Below, piece after piece: positions 23,598-36,801 of a DNA stretch of 64,000 bases. The notes below the pieces were generated by a model. The model ran no database searches. It was not told the origin of the DNA and saw nothing but the letters and a program-made list of their open reading frames with translations. Positions within the stretch are counted from its first letter, which is position 1. The number at the start of each line of letters is the position of its first letter. The stretch lies in the NCBI GenBank assembly GCA_000182565.2, contig KQ257454.1; one strand, written 5' to 3'. A program made the position numbers and the translations under genes. The stretch comes from Spizellomyces punctatus DAOM BR117 (taxonomy: Eukaryota).

Positions 23598-25014
23598 TCA
23601 TCTCGATCTGTCACCTCTATTAAGTAGAAAAGGTTGATGAAAAGCCTCATAAAGTCGACGAACTTTCTGCTCTCCAAAACCGGGGCACTGTGCTAGCTCC
23701 TCCTGGCTGGCTGACATGATGTTTTGGAGAGACTTTTTGACAAAGGTCATTAAACAGATAGATGTCTGAAAAACGCAAGGAAAATACCTACCCCAAACGC
23801 GGATGCTAGAGTGAGCACGTCAGTTTTGTTGACAGATTTGACTTGAGTCAATGCATCTGTCAACTAGATAGAGAACATGGTTGGCGTCAATCAAATTATT
23901 TGTCAATCAAGAAAGGACAGCCTGATTACCTTTGAAAGATAGTCCGGATCTACACGTTCTTTGATCAGATCGGGTGGCTTGTGTTCGTACGCTTTAAAGG
24001 TCTCCAAGTACCGGCCTGCCTCCTCTTGGCTGAAAGATGCCCAGTTGAATACATTGGCATATTTAAACAATGATACTGTACACTAACCTCCAAGCAAGAA
24101 TTAAAGTGATATTATTATAAACACATATTCGGGTCAAGTCGCGGATACTAGCTTGGTGATCTTCCTATGTGATAAGGAGATATTGGTGCAATGCTGCTGA
24201 TAGCACAAGAAAACTACATGACTTACGATGTCAACCAAGCACAGCAGTATACGTAGGAGATAGTGGTGTCCAAGCTGCCGGATTCTTGTATAGACATACT
24301 CTGGATGCAGGCGATGATACTTTAAACTGAAAGCCTCGTGACTAAGGAGACGAGTGATCAGCAAAACATCCTGGAAATACCTCAGAAAGAGGGCGCAACT
24401 TGTCATTCCAACTTGGTAATCAGGTATAATGTCCCCATATTCCCATGGTACGTTTTTGATAAAGTTGAGAACTCCGTTCCCTCGCTGTAACGCAGTATTA
24501 GTACATTCGCAGTGCTTTGCCAATGCGGTGCTATAAATGCTACCTGACAACTATTTACTACAATAGAATGTGTGCCTTTGGAGCGCTGAGGTGCCGATGT
24601 GCTGTTTGTTCGGGATACTGTTGCCGGAGCTGGTCGTGGTCGAGGCCCTGAATTATTACCCAACCCTCCTCTGTTTGTGGCCGGCTCCCGAGGTTGTGCT
24701 GACGCTGGCCGGATTAGCTGACCAGGTCCAAAGGTTGGACGTTGAAATGTCATGTCAGCAGGTTGCGGTGCCTGTAGCGGTCGTGAGATGGGTGAACCGA
24801 GCGCTGCAGTCTTGGCGGTAGTAAGGTTGGAAGTGGCTCCACCGGACGTTGATGATTCTTGAGCATTCGTAGCTCGTGTGTCCATAGCCAGGCCCGTTGG
24901 TTTGAAACTTGGAATTGCCGCCTGGTTTTGCAATTCCGTTTGGCGCAGCTGGATCTCGCTAGCAGAAGGAATGCGGAAGCGGGGCTGTTGCGGTGCATTC
25001 TGCCGATCGCCCAT
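23598..25014 (-). CDS. RAD10: DNA excision repair protein Rad10/ERCC1
   Basis: IVVNSCQ|RGNGVLNFIKNVPWEYGDIIPDY..ALFL|SLKYHRLHPEYVYTRI; C-terminal HhH ELAQCPGFGEQKVRRLYEAFHQPF. Confidence 0.94.
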
Positions 25015-25188
25015 TGTGGGTCGCTAATTACAGGCGAAACTGTGGCACTTGGCTGTACTGGTGAAAAATGGGGAAGTCGGCAATGGTGATCTACTGCATG
25101 TGAGGCAGGGAATGGTAATTAAACTCTGATGAAACTGATGACGCGACTTGAACTGACAACCCGACTTCTAAAGAATGGGAGATGCAGG

Positions 25189-26721
25189 ATGCGGAAAACT
25201 ACGCTTTCAACGCTTGCCCCACCGTCGAGCGTACCCCGCGATGCACCACTTCTAGTTTACTTATGCCATGGACGAGGATACGTATGGGACGTTGACAGTG
25301 AGTGTACTAACTTTCTGAATTCGAACTATCTAGAGAATTTGCTCAAGTCGAAGAACTTTCACAGCCGCACTGGCGTTGCGTACCCGCTATCATATCGTAG
25401 GAGCGCTGGTGGGGACTCTACCTCGGCTTCCGATGCAGAATACCTTCTTTTCCCTTCCCCTAGTGCTGCTGAGCGAAGAGATCACCGTTCTACTGGAAAG
25501 AGGTGGGCTGAGAGTACTGTCGGCCTAATGACGCAACATGGTTTTCTCATGTAGAATTGCAATGTCTGCTAGGGCTCATTCGTATAGTTGACGATTCTCG
25601 AGGGCACCTTATACCGCTAACAGAAGAGATTGAGCAATGGGCCGCGAAACGAGAAGCTGACAGCATAGAGTACGCGAATGCCAAGAAGCTGGCTGCCGAA
25701 AAAACCCAAAAAGCCATGAAAGCTGCATATGCAACCTCGCCGAGACAAAAGAGGAAAAAAGGACGCGGGATGCAGGAAGATGTTGAATCGGTGGCGGGCG
25801 TTGTCGAAAATCCCACTGCGGTATCAGATGAAGATACGTTGGACGGATCGGGATTTACCAGTACGACCGATGGTGAGGCGCATACTATCCCCTCATTGGA
25901 CGCTCTGCAACACTTGTTCACCCCAAAATCGACGGACGCTAAGACAATAGCAGAGCCGAGCAGCTCGGACCATCACCGTGATCAACTCAAAGTTTCTATT
26001 GAGCCAACAGACACTGCCAACTCTAATCCTCTAACTCCAATAACGGACTTATGTCGGTCACTGGAAAAGCTGGACTTGCAACCTACGATAGAGGACGATA
26101 GGTCAAGAAGTGTTTCGGGATCAGAAGGGCGATCTGATGATGGGGATCGAACTTCCGATGTCCGACACGATGAACCCTTGCATGTTGATCGGATTGTCCC
26201 ACCGGAACCAACAAAACCCGCCACACCGCCTTTGCCACCACTTCCTATATCTACACCCACTTCGTCCGCTACCCTGCCCTGGTTTGCCAGGTCCAACCCT
26301 GAGCGATCGAGTCTAGATTTTGCTCAAGCCCGTCTAACTGGCCTGTGGCAGTATCCGTCAACAGCAGAGGAGAGGCTACGATATAAAGTATTCTGCGCTC
26401 TCTGGGAAAAAGGATACTTTATAACAACTGGCAGCAAGTTTGGAGGCGATTACTTGATGTACCCAGGTAAGAATGGATATATGCTTACACCCGAAAAGGG
26501 ACAGGTTCTTAAGACTCGATCTGCTTCTAGGTGATCCTCTACGATTCCATTCTCACTACGTCACATCTATTGTGCCTATTGATAAATTGTTTTCTCCGCT
26601 TGATGCTGTAATGTTTGGGCGGTTGGGTACAACGGTGAAGAAGTCGCATGCAGTGTGCTCGTGGGATGACGAGAAAGATGAGTTGGTTTGCGTATGTATA
26701 CAGTGGACTGGGTGGAATTAG
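25189..26721 (+). CDS. SEN34: tRNA-splicing endonuclease subunit Sen34
   Basis: HIVGALVGTLPRLPMQN..LPLVLLSEE; LWEKGYFITTGSKFGGDYLMYP|GDPLRFHSHY; GRLGTTVKKS. Confidence 0.92.
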
Positions 26722-26851
26722 ATGGTTTTGGCCAAATTAGAGGTCCAAAGCCGAGCGTGGAATGCCCATTATTCTTGGAATATCTACAGTAGCGTATCTA
26801 CACGAATATTTACAGGAAAGCCGACAGGAAAAGCAATGTGGAAGGTAGGTA

Positions 26852-28181
26852 CTATATCAGACCTGCTTGCAGATCTACCAGCTCAGCTCGCTTGCTATGA
26901 AGTTGCGTAGTGAACCGCTTAACGATATCTTCGAATCGTTTCTGTTGGAGTCAGCGGTTAGACCAATCCTTGTCAAGTTTACATTCAACGGTGTCGTACC
27001 CTCATGATGGGATTAATCTGCACAGCGAGCTTCGCCCTATTGTCCTCAATCTTGCTCTCCAAGTCTCTGATTTCGGCAGATAACTGATCGACTTGCTGCT
27101 GTAATTGAGCTTTATCGAGCTCCTCGTCACCTTCGGCATCACCTTCTCCACCGCTTTCTTCTTCATCCTCATCCTCATCTTCGGACTCTTCATCCTCGTC
27201 CTCTTCCTCATCATCATCTTCATCTCCCTCTGCATGCTCGGCTAGCGCTTCCTCCCATGCCGCTGTGAGGGCATCATCTTCTTCATCACCGCCCTCAGTT
27301 ACGTCCATAGCCGTCTCTTCTTCCCCTTCTTCGTCTGGTGAACCTTCTGCATCTTCGTCACCTTCGTCAAAGCCTTCTGCTGTAATTCTGTCCGTTCCAT
27401 CGTCGACCTCTGAGATTGTGATGAGGATATATTCAATCCTGGAAGTCGAGTTATCGTACGCTTACCAAAGAGCACATTTTCCGCTTGAGCATCGGCTTCC
27501 AATAGACGCACGACCTCCCTCTCTACATCTTCAATTGTCTTTTATGGCAGAATCTCAGCCTCATCAAAAACTGAGGACGCGACAGAACTAGAAAACTAAC
27601 CCTTTTCGATATTCTCTTTCTAAACCTCCGCTTTCGTACATTCCACAACGGTGGCGTAAGCCCATGCGGCCAGGTATATTCGTCATGATGCAGGGGTTGT
27701 TGCGGTTCCTGCGGTGGTGTCGTTTGAGCTGGCCCGTCGACAACCAGCATTTGTGAAATATCCGCGACTTTGTAGAACTGCTTATTGTCCAATGTTTTAT
27801 GCGATTCAATGATACAGGGGAGGTCAACGAGTTTGGCCCTGTAGCTATCCGCACCTAGGCGGAAAGTCGCCCGGCGTGGATCTGGCAAACGTAGGGTTAG
27901 GCCATGGTGACTGCTACGGGGACGTATCCAACTTGCCCACCATAAAAAGTTACGTTGAAGTCCTCTGGTATCTCACGTGCTTTCACCGCCTCTCGAAGTT
28001 TTTCTGCAGGCTCGCCTGAAGGCATGCGCAAGATAAAATGCTCTTCTACTGGTGCTTCTTCTTCATCTTCTAGCGGACCTTTTTTAGGTTTGATAGTTAT
28101 CCGAGTAGGCCCTATCCGTGTTTGAACTAATCCTTTTGCGTTTTTCGGTTGCTTGGTGGATGGTGCCTTGGTCGCTACCAT
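26852..28181 (-). CDS. TAF7: TFIID subunit TAF7 (TAFII55)
   Basis: EEHFILRMP; AKLVDLPCIIESHKTLDNKQFYKVADISQML; WPHGLTPPLWNVRKRRFRKR; acidic tract; C-terminal coiled coil. Confidence 0.94.
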
Positions 28182-28378
28182 ATTTTCATTTGGATAGTCG
28201 ACGATCCAGCGAGAAGATATGCGAGAGCGGGAGATGTCTCGCTCAGTTCACAACGATGATGCACAGTCACGAAGCAGACACGTGATCGATGTGTCATACA
28301 GTAGAAGACTTCCCCCCATCCTACCGAACTCCCAACTCTCCGCTCGCCTCTTGACAATAAGCACCTATCATTTACGAA

Positions 28379-28996
28379 ATGGCTGCAACAACCCAGACTG
28401 TTAACATCCTTCCACCGACGCTAACCTTGCGAGGACCTCGGATTATTCTTCGAACCCATGAAGTCCAAGACTATCCTGTTATACGCGATTTTCTCTCGGA
28501 CCCAACAACAATGACATATCTACCCGGTCTCTTGAAAGAGTGGACCCTTGAAGAAGTCACTGAACGACAAGAATCACGCGTGGCGGACCAGAAAAAAGGA
28601 TTGGGGCTCCCGCTTAGTGTTATCCTTCCGGGAGACGAGGAAACCTTAATCGGTACCTCAGGTTTTCGAACCCTTGACCTCGTCAAACGGTGTGCCGAAT
28701 TCGGTATCATACTCCGTACAGGATTTCACGGAAAAGGATATGCGCAGGAAATCATGTTGGTGTTGTTTACCTACGGGTTCGAAGATCTTGGGTTAGAAAA
28801 AATCGAGATCGTCACATCGCAACGTAATATTCCGATGCGCCGCTGTCTTGAAAGATTAAGCATACGAGAAATCGGCGTGATGCAATGGGATGATCCGGGA
28901 CCAATGGGTGATGAGGTAGCGTTTGGATATGCAGTACTTCTATCGGATTGGAACGATCTTAAATTAAGGCTACGTGGAAAGATCGAGGGGCGGTAG
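28379..28996 (+). CDS. GNAT acetyltransferase, RimJ/RimL-like, intronless
   Basis: PRIILR..; AEFGIIL..FHGKGYAQE (acetyl-CoA motif A); LGLEKIEI.T..RNIPMRRCLERL. Confidence 0.85.
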   Translation: MAATTQTVNILPPTLTLRGPRIILRTHEVQDYPVIRDFLSDPTTMTYLPGLLKEWTLEEVTERQESRVADQKKGLGLPLSVILPGDEETLIGTSGFRTLDLVKRCAEFGIILRTGFHGKGYAQEIMLVLFTYGFEDLGLEKIEIVTSQRNIPMRRCLERLSIREIGVMQWDDPGPMGDEVAFGYAVLLSDWNDLKLRLRGKIEGR

Positions 28997-30191
28997 GTTA
29001 TGGAATAGCGACGATGTACTAGAAAGAATTGAAAACGATAGAACACCTGAAGATAGAGCAGTATAGGACTCAATGTCTCTGTGACCTACAACATCGTAAC
29101 TGTACCAAGATTGAGATGCTAAATAGATTTGGCTAGACTGTTTATTTCCAACGAAAGTAGTGTTTAGGGCCATCAGCCTCTTGGTCAAATACACTCGTCA
29201 TACACTTTATGCACAGCATATCAATCAAGCCAGGTACTCCCAACTGATTTGGAAGCACGCTGTGGTATAAACAGGCAGGTCCTAGATCCGTCAGATAGTC
29301 CCAATTACCTGGCGGGCCCGAAGAACTTGTAGCACGTCAATATTCAATGTAACCTTATACTTGGATATTGGAACATTAAGTTACGGGATTTCTGGTTAAA
29401 TTGTATGAAAGCGAGCAACCAAGAGATTTCAAGGCCAAGCTTCCAGATACCATAGAAGACCCCCAACCAGCTGGACTTATAGTCATAACTCTACTAATTA
29501 TCGTTCAGTGTGATGGGCATCATTATTACATTATGCCATCCCGACATCAGCCCGACCATTAGCCAAGGCGAGAGTAGATTCCATTGATGATGCCTGCTGA
29601 TTCTCTCGATCCTCTAGAGTTCCTAAGTAAGGAGCATTGCTAATCACGACATTGTGGACCTTTGTGACCAGATTTGTCACATTTCAGGGAACCCATATCA
29701 CAAATTGGTGAGTCTGATCCCGCTTGCTTATTTCATTTCGCCAGATACAATTCAGCTCTGCATTGTGGCTTTCACTCACTGTAACGGTTAGAGTCTCTCT
29801 GCACTTAGGGATGACCAGAAGCTTTGCTTTAGATAGTTTAATTGTTCAAATCCATTTTCGGATGAGATCTAATATCCTTCTAATTAAATCCCAGTTGTGG
29901 TTCGACCAAGGCAACGTTTGATCGTCTCCGTTGTCAGTTGCTCCGCCCGAACGTTAAATGGACGCAAGAGCTGTTTCATTAAAGTTGTACGTTATTGGTC
30001 CGATCCTAATTAATCCATTTTTGGAAGTAATGGGACGGCACGCACATGTTGAGGGGGGGCGAGCTGATGTACCCAACTGTTTCGTTTTCCCATTTCTCGC
30101 ATCCCGATTCTCGCATTTCGTTCAACACTTTCAATCGTAACATCACCTACACAGACGACATCTCTACTACCTCCCTATTACCGAAGCAAAT

Positions 30192-30733
30192 ATGTCACAA
30201 CCGCAAGCAGGAAAGACTGCCCAAGTGCAGAACCAAGTGAATGAGGTTGTGGGTATTATGCAAGGTAACGTAATGCAACCTCTTGCACAAGTCAATTGTG
30301 ATGGAGGGCAAATACCCTTACGCTCAGAACTCTAACAAACTCGGCTTTTGACTTAGATAATATCAACAAAGTGATGCAAAGAGGAGAGCAGCTCGACACC
30401 CTCCAAAACAAGACTGGTGAGCAGCCATATCAGAGTTGCTAACGCTCTCTGTGTCCGAAACAGTCCAAAACAGTGCTCTTAACACTCGCTCGTAGATGAT
30501 CTTCAAAACTCTTCTTTGCAATTCAAGCGAGGAGCTAATCGCGTACGAAAACAAATGTGGTGGAAGGATATGAAGATGAAGCTTATTCTTGGAGGTGTCG
30601 TTGCGGCAATTCTGATCATTATTATTGGTACGTGGGCTTATAATGTCATACCCGTGAGTGGAAACTGGACATTGAAAGAGAAATTTCATGGTCACCTGTA
30701 GTATCGATTGTTGCGAGCAAGAAGAAGGACTGA
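30192..30733 (+). CDS. SNC1: Synaptobrevin/VAMP R-SNARE
   Basis: VQNQVNEVVGIMQD|NINKVMQRGEQLDTLQNKTD|DLQNSSLQFKRGANRVRKQMWWKDMKMK followed by TM. Confidence 0.95.
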
Positions 30734-31635
30734 AGAGAAGAATAATGGCGTCCTCTGCTGGCAGCCTATACCTGCTGGATATGCAGGGCATTTCGATCAG
30801 TTGGGCGCGACATAAGTGATCGTTTTTGTGGTTTCTTCCCGTTTTGAGCACACAATGTCGAGGTGCTACTTTTTGTACAGATCTGTAATTTTTGTCATTG
30901 CTTGTGTTAAATAAGAATGTGAACAGTAGATGTCCTATCCCTCCGCTGCGTTATCATTCAAGCTTCAAGCTTGCAAAAATAGCTGAGGAGGCCCTTTGAA
31001 AATCCCAATGCGAGGGGCTGGGGAGGGCACAGCGCGTTCCTGCTGGCAATGTGTCGCAGCCTGCTTGATTTGGTTTCTGCCTGAGTAACCTCCATTGCAC
31101 TCCTCTCTTGGAGCGTACGCCCGAACGGCACAGCCCACGCACACATTGTGACGACCTTTCTTGTCCTGTGAAGAGTCGCCTGAATTGCGCTTGCTTCATT
31201 TTTGTGAAAGTCAACGATTGTAACAGTCGGAAAAACAATCGCCCCAACCGTGAAAAACTCCCTCGAACGCATCCTGCTTGGTTCGAAGACGTCGACAACA
31301 GTAGAGCCGACACCTTTTATCGAATTATAGAGAGAATCCTGTTTGGAGCATTCGGGGAGAGTTTCTCTTCACCGTTGAAGTGCCTGTCTTCTACTCAAGA
31401 CAAGGGACTCCACGGCCCAAAAGGAGCGTTTGGGACAATTGTTAGAGCGGGTCCAATTTTGCAATAGGAGTACTACAGGGGATTTCCGTGCCACTTCCCC
31501 ATTGTGGTGCGCCTAGCGAGTGCAATAGCCTCGACAGCCGGAGTCTAGCTGTCTTCTCGGCCTATACTTGAATTGCTGGATACCCCTTCCTTACGCACAT
31601 CGACACTATAAATCACAAATATCACCACAATCACC

Positions 31636-32872
31636 ATGGTATTGTTCATCCTCCCGCCTTTCCATGTTGATAATTCGGTGCTAATTTGCTCTATGAACAG
31701 ATCGAATCTGTTGTAGGGCGGATCATCTTTTTCGCAACCCTAGTAGAAGCCATTATCATCATCGCTCTCGAATCCATTGTCGCAGCCATCTTTTGGAAAT
31801 ATTTTGATCCTGTGAATGGAAGAGAAGGGCCAACAAGAGGGATACCAGTATATTTAATCATCTTCATTATTGGGCAATTATTCCAGATATATTTGTGCTG
31901 GGATGCAGTGAGTTTGGTTGTTTCCGTTACAAGGACTGGAGTCTGGCCGCTCATATCGATTCTCTCTATAGGTATTGCACAAAAATACTATTCAAATTGT
32001 CGCCTTTGTCATGTTCAACCTCTGCGTCTGTCTTTACTCCATCTTTCAGTATACCCAAATGATTGGGTTGGTGGAGGACAATTCGGAACAGGTTCCCTTC
32101 ACGCATTCAGATCAGGAAACTTTAAAAGCGGTCCTGCTGGCGATTCCAATCATTTTGGGCGCTTTTGGAGTTCTATTTGCGATATGTGCATGGAAGCTTT
32201 ATCTTGAGTTTGGATGGAAGATATATAAGAAGATTGGGGCTGATCCTAAAATGAGAAGTGCGTTAGGACTGGATTGATATGCTCATTTGTGACATGTTGA
32301 TATTCACACAATCTTTTCTGTCAGATATGTACCGCAGCTACCAGTTTTTCATCATGCTACTCAAGCTGGACGTCTTTTTCGTCCTCGGATTTGGCATTCA
32401 GTTTCTTGTTCTGGTTATTCAGAAGAACGACCCAGAATTTGCGCTGACGATAGCAGCACTGCCTATAATGATGTTGGTTCTCGTTTTAGCCGTATACGGG
32501 CTAAAACGGGAAGATAAATGGATAATGGGGCTATTTTGTTGTGGGGTTGTCCTCGCGATGTCGTACTTTGTCTTCAAACTTGTGAGGATTTACATGAGGA
32601 AGAATGAGCCGCAGTATAGTGATACGAAACACTATTTGACTTTCTTTGGTAAGGCTAGGCGGGCTGGGTACTGCTTTCATCTTTCGGACTCTAATCGCCT
32701 TTGTATAGCATGCTTGAGTTTAGCGGTCATGATAATGACTTTCGTAAATGCCATTGTATGTTACCGAAATTTTGGAAAAGGACTAAAAGAGCATATCCAC
32801 GACTCGCGACGACAACGAGACGAGGCAGAATTCGCTGCCGTCTCTGCGACACGGAAGCCCTTGGAGGATTAA
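31636..32872 (+). CDS. Multi-pass membrane protein, UPF0658-like
   Basis: IPVYLIIFIIGQLFQ..WDA|..KNTIQI; LYLEFGWKIYKKIGADPKMR; LLKLDVFFVLGFGIQF; CYRNFGKGLK. Confidence 0.8.
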
Positions 32873-33277
32873 CGCTGAAGGGCTGGTACGGATGAGAAGG
32901 ATCCAGAACAATTCTGTCGGTCTTTCTCAGTTTCTGGGAGATGTACTTACGGATATCTGTATGGGATGTTGAGCCGGCGGGCTGTTGTACATTTTTTCAT
33001 TGGACCTTTGGGTGCTCGGTCTTTGTCTCCTGAGAAATGGTTTCCCCATGTTTTTAATAATAGAATAACCCCTGCTTCTCTTAATCAGCATTTGTCTTAT
33101 GGACTTGATAATTCGAAGGTGCATTATCAGGTTGTAGAAGGTAGTTGCACATCCCTGGGAGTTGTTGCTCCCCCAAAAATTCAACTGGAATGTCGTGGTA
33201 AATGGACGCGTCTGTGTATGACTCCCTTAACAGATTTCAAACTCAATGGCTTTCTCCCCAGAGCGATCATAGCAATC

Positions 33278-34678
33278 ATGTCAACACCACAAAAGAAAAC
33301 TCCGTCTTCTCCGCCCAGATCTCCCACTTCCCCCGCACGCCGCTCCAAGCGCACTCTCCAACAGCCCTCGTTTCGAACAAATCCTTGGGGAGCGTTGTTG
33401 GCGTTGATATCTTGGGTGACGGTATGGCTAGGGATCTACGTCCGGCTAGGATGGTTACGGTTAAACCATGTAGGTACTAAAGATACTATGCTCTACGGAA
33501 GGATACGGATGCATGAACTGACTCTTCATTGTCATGTGGGATCAATAGTGGATATCCGGATCTTCGGGAACAGAAACGAGACCATTCTCCAATTACAAGA
33601 ATAAAATCGTTATTATTGGTAAGGGTTTGAAGACTGTGGCGAACATCTGTTGATCAACGCTCAAAGTCATCGGTGTCTTAGGAGATGACTTTGCGTTTGG
33701 GTACGGTGATTTTGTCACATCCGCTGGTGTACCTGGGTTGGCGGGTCACTTGAAACGGGTCCTCCAAAGTGATCGCTACAAGTTGAGACAGTCATGGATT
33801 ATATATAATTGCGGTGTGATAGGAAGCACTTCAGCGGATTGGTAAGGATCTCCATCCAACGGTAGTGAGATTTATTTTTGTACGAAATGTGCTCATTCTC
33901 CTTGGTAATACTAGGTTGCCAAAAAGTGCAAAAGTTTGTGTCAGCGCCTGATGATGAACGATGAATAGAATACTGATTCGGTTATTGTAGGAGGCAAATA
34001 GCCCAAAAACGCAGTTTGAAAAGGTCTTTGATAATCCGACGTACGCAGATGCCGACGCCGTCGTTTTATTGGTTGGGTTCAATGACAGTCGGTATGTCTT
34101 TAGATGACAGCTCAGAGCATACTCATTGGTCGCAGCATTCCTTACATTGAGATCCTTTTGAATAGCAGCCAACCGGCACTCTCTGCCGAAGACACGGTCC
34201 ACAACATTAGTGCAATTTGCCGTGTTCTCCGCAACATGGGAAAAGACATCTGGGTTTGTTCCATACCAAATAACGGGGAAGAAGCGAAGGGTGATGCGGC
34301 GTTGGAGGAGAGTATGCGACGTAATGAAATTCTATTAGGCTGGCTGGAAAAGTGCGTTTTTTCTTGATCTTGATGTCCGTTAGAGTTATTGCTAAAACTA
34401 TGGGTGACAGCAATAAGGACGACATACGTAGTGGTCCACGTATCGACGTCATGCATTACGAGTACCGGCACAAGTCCTTTTGGTATGTTGACCAGGATCA
34501 TCTATCGACCAAGGTGAGAATCTCGAGTGCGTCTCAACTCTCCACAGCTCTGGCTGATATCTACATGTTTTATCATTTTTAGGGATACAGGAAGCTGGCA
34601 AAGGATCTTGCCGACTTGATGGGAACTGCTCTGGTCAAGAGGGAATTTGCGAGATTTCGAAAAGATCTAGGGATGTGA
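33278..34678 (+). CDS. SGNH/GDSL hydrolase-like protein with N-terminal TM
   Basis: KIVIIG|DDFAFGYGD (block I-like); NCGVIGSTSADW; LLVGFND; DQDHLSTK|GYRKLA (block V DxxH). Confidence 0.78.
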
Positions 34679-35611
34679 TAGTATGACCGTGGTAACGACA
34701 GATACCGTTGGAGGATCAACATACTTAGCCAAATCAAGTGCCATAGAAAAGGGGGTCTCAAATACATGGTGTTACGGTATGCCTACTGCTTAGAACCCGT
34801 TGAGGGCTGGTTTACCATATGAAATCAATTGTCATGAGCGTACATCTACGCCTAAGAACAAGGGCAGTAGTTGTGGATATTTTTCCGGAATGTGTCCGAT
34901 ATACTCTCGAAAATTCAGGGTGTAAAGTTCTGAAACCTACATCCTTTGGGTGCCAAAGGGACCCCCTTCTTTCCGGATCTCTATCAGCATCCTTCGATGC
35001 TTTAATTTTAAACTCATCGGAGGTCGATGATGTGGGTAGGCATAAATCGAACAAATTTCAACTGTAAGGAGACGGTGTCGTACTATCAATACCCTCTAAT
35101 ATTTCCTCACATTTGTGAAAGTTGGCAACTCTGTGGGGACATATTACCAAGCTAGCTTGTTTGAGACTCCAACTCCTCCGTTCGTCGAAGGCGAAGGAAG
35201 GCAAGTGTAAGCCCATCTTGCTGCCTTCCGATCGCCGTTATATGCACTCCTTTGCCAACTCCAAGAGCAATCCTTGTAAACAGAAATATCATGTGTGCTA
35301 TCTGATGGACGTTTTTGAGTCCAAAATATCGAATATCGAAAATCACTTGAAACAAAGAGTACAACCCGTGAAAAGTCAAAACCGCGTTTTCCTTTGGATT
35401 TTTGCTTGCCTTGCTGCCGTTTTCCATTCCACCTTTTTTTTTGTTGAATTTGCTCTGCACATTTGAGTATTGCAACGTTGACTGAAGATACTGGTAGGCT
35501 GCGAGTCTACGACCACGTTCTCGTCATTTTCCCCGGCTTGTCCCCGTCTTTTACACCGCAAACCCCCTTTTTCATCGCGCAACCCAAGATAGCCCATTTG
35601 ACCACGACACA

Positions 35612-36539
35612 ATGTCCAATATCTCCGAGGACGACCTCCCCTTAACACCCACCTCCCCAACAGGAAGCTCAGCCTCAGGTCTTCCAACGTCCTACTATGA
35701 GCGGTATACTCGCAAGTACAACTTGGGCGAACGCCAACGCCAACTAGAAATCCAAGAGGAAAGTAGACGGATACAACAAGAAATGCTACACGCGAGAAAT
35801 ATGGACCGAGGTTATCACAACGGGAGTAGTGGTGTGGGAAGTTCAGTAGCGACGAGCGATCACTTGGAGACCGCTGTCGAAAACTTGTACAGAATGGTAC
35901 GTGTGAGATCATCTACGAATATGCTTGTGGGCTGTAAACTTACGCTCTTTTTCAACAGGTTGAACGAAAAGTCAGCACAGACTACACCCGAGGAGCAGCA
36001 GCCTCATCTGGCAACACCACACAATCCACCCTTAACCCAAACAACCGCAAACCCCAGCGCGCCTCCAGCTGGACAAGTACAGCAATCCACTCCGAAGTCA
36101 GCAAGCTATATAATATGGGCGCTGCAACCGCTTCACCAACGAATGTGCCTGTTGTGGAGGTGGGACGGTATCCTTACAGTACGGCAGATCGAAGCGGCGG
36201 AGGAGGGAGCACAGTGTCATTTTGGAGATCGGGGAGGGGGCTGGAAGATGGGGAGGGTGTACCAAAGGAGCGGGGGTTGGCAGGCGACCAAGGCATTCCA
36301 TGTGAACTGTTGTTGTTCATCTACGGTGTGTGCCACCTTGGGAAGTTTCCATTTGCTTGCGAGATACTCATCTTTCAAACTCAGGTTTCCTCCTGCCGCC
36401 TCTGTGGTGGATAGGCGCACTGCGAAGTGAACCCACAAAATGGCGGACCCGATGCCGATGGGCGGCGGTACTAGGGACTCTCATCTACCTCGGAGTAGCA
36501 GCGGTCCTCGTGTGGTTCTTTGTTTTTCGAAAGAAATAA
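35612..36539 (+). CDS. Hypothetical protein with disordered N-terminus and C-terminal membrane hairpin
   Basis: Spliced ..LLLFIYG|FLLPPLWWIGA..WRTRCRWAAVLGTLIYLGVAAVLVWFFVFRKK*. Confidence 0.65.
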
Positions 36540-36801
36540 CAAACAAAAGCTCCCAATTTGAGCATCTCTTACATACGGTGTAGTTTATTACGATTAGTAC
36601 AGGGATCCATAGTGATATGATTTGCGTAATTTGTATTTGCCATTCCCAAGGCTTTGTTGGGACCGATAGATGTTGACCTATTCTAGAAATCGATAGAGTC
36701 GAGGAGCAGCATATGGTGATAGGGGACTTTTTGGGGTGTTTGGAGTTTGAATTCCATCACTCATGCAAATAGACTGAGGATGCATTTCGGGTGCACATCA
36801 T

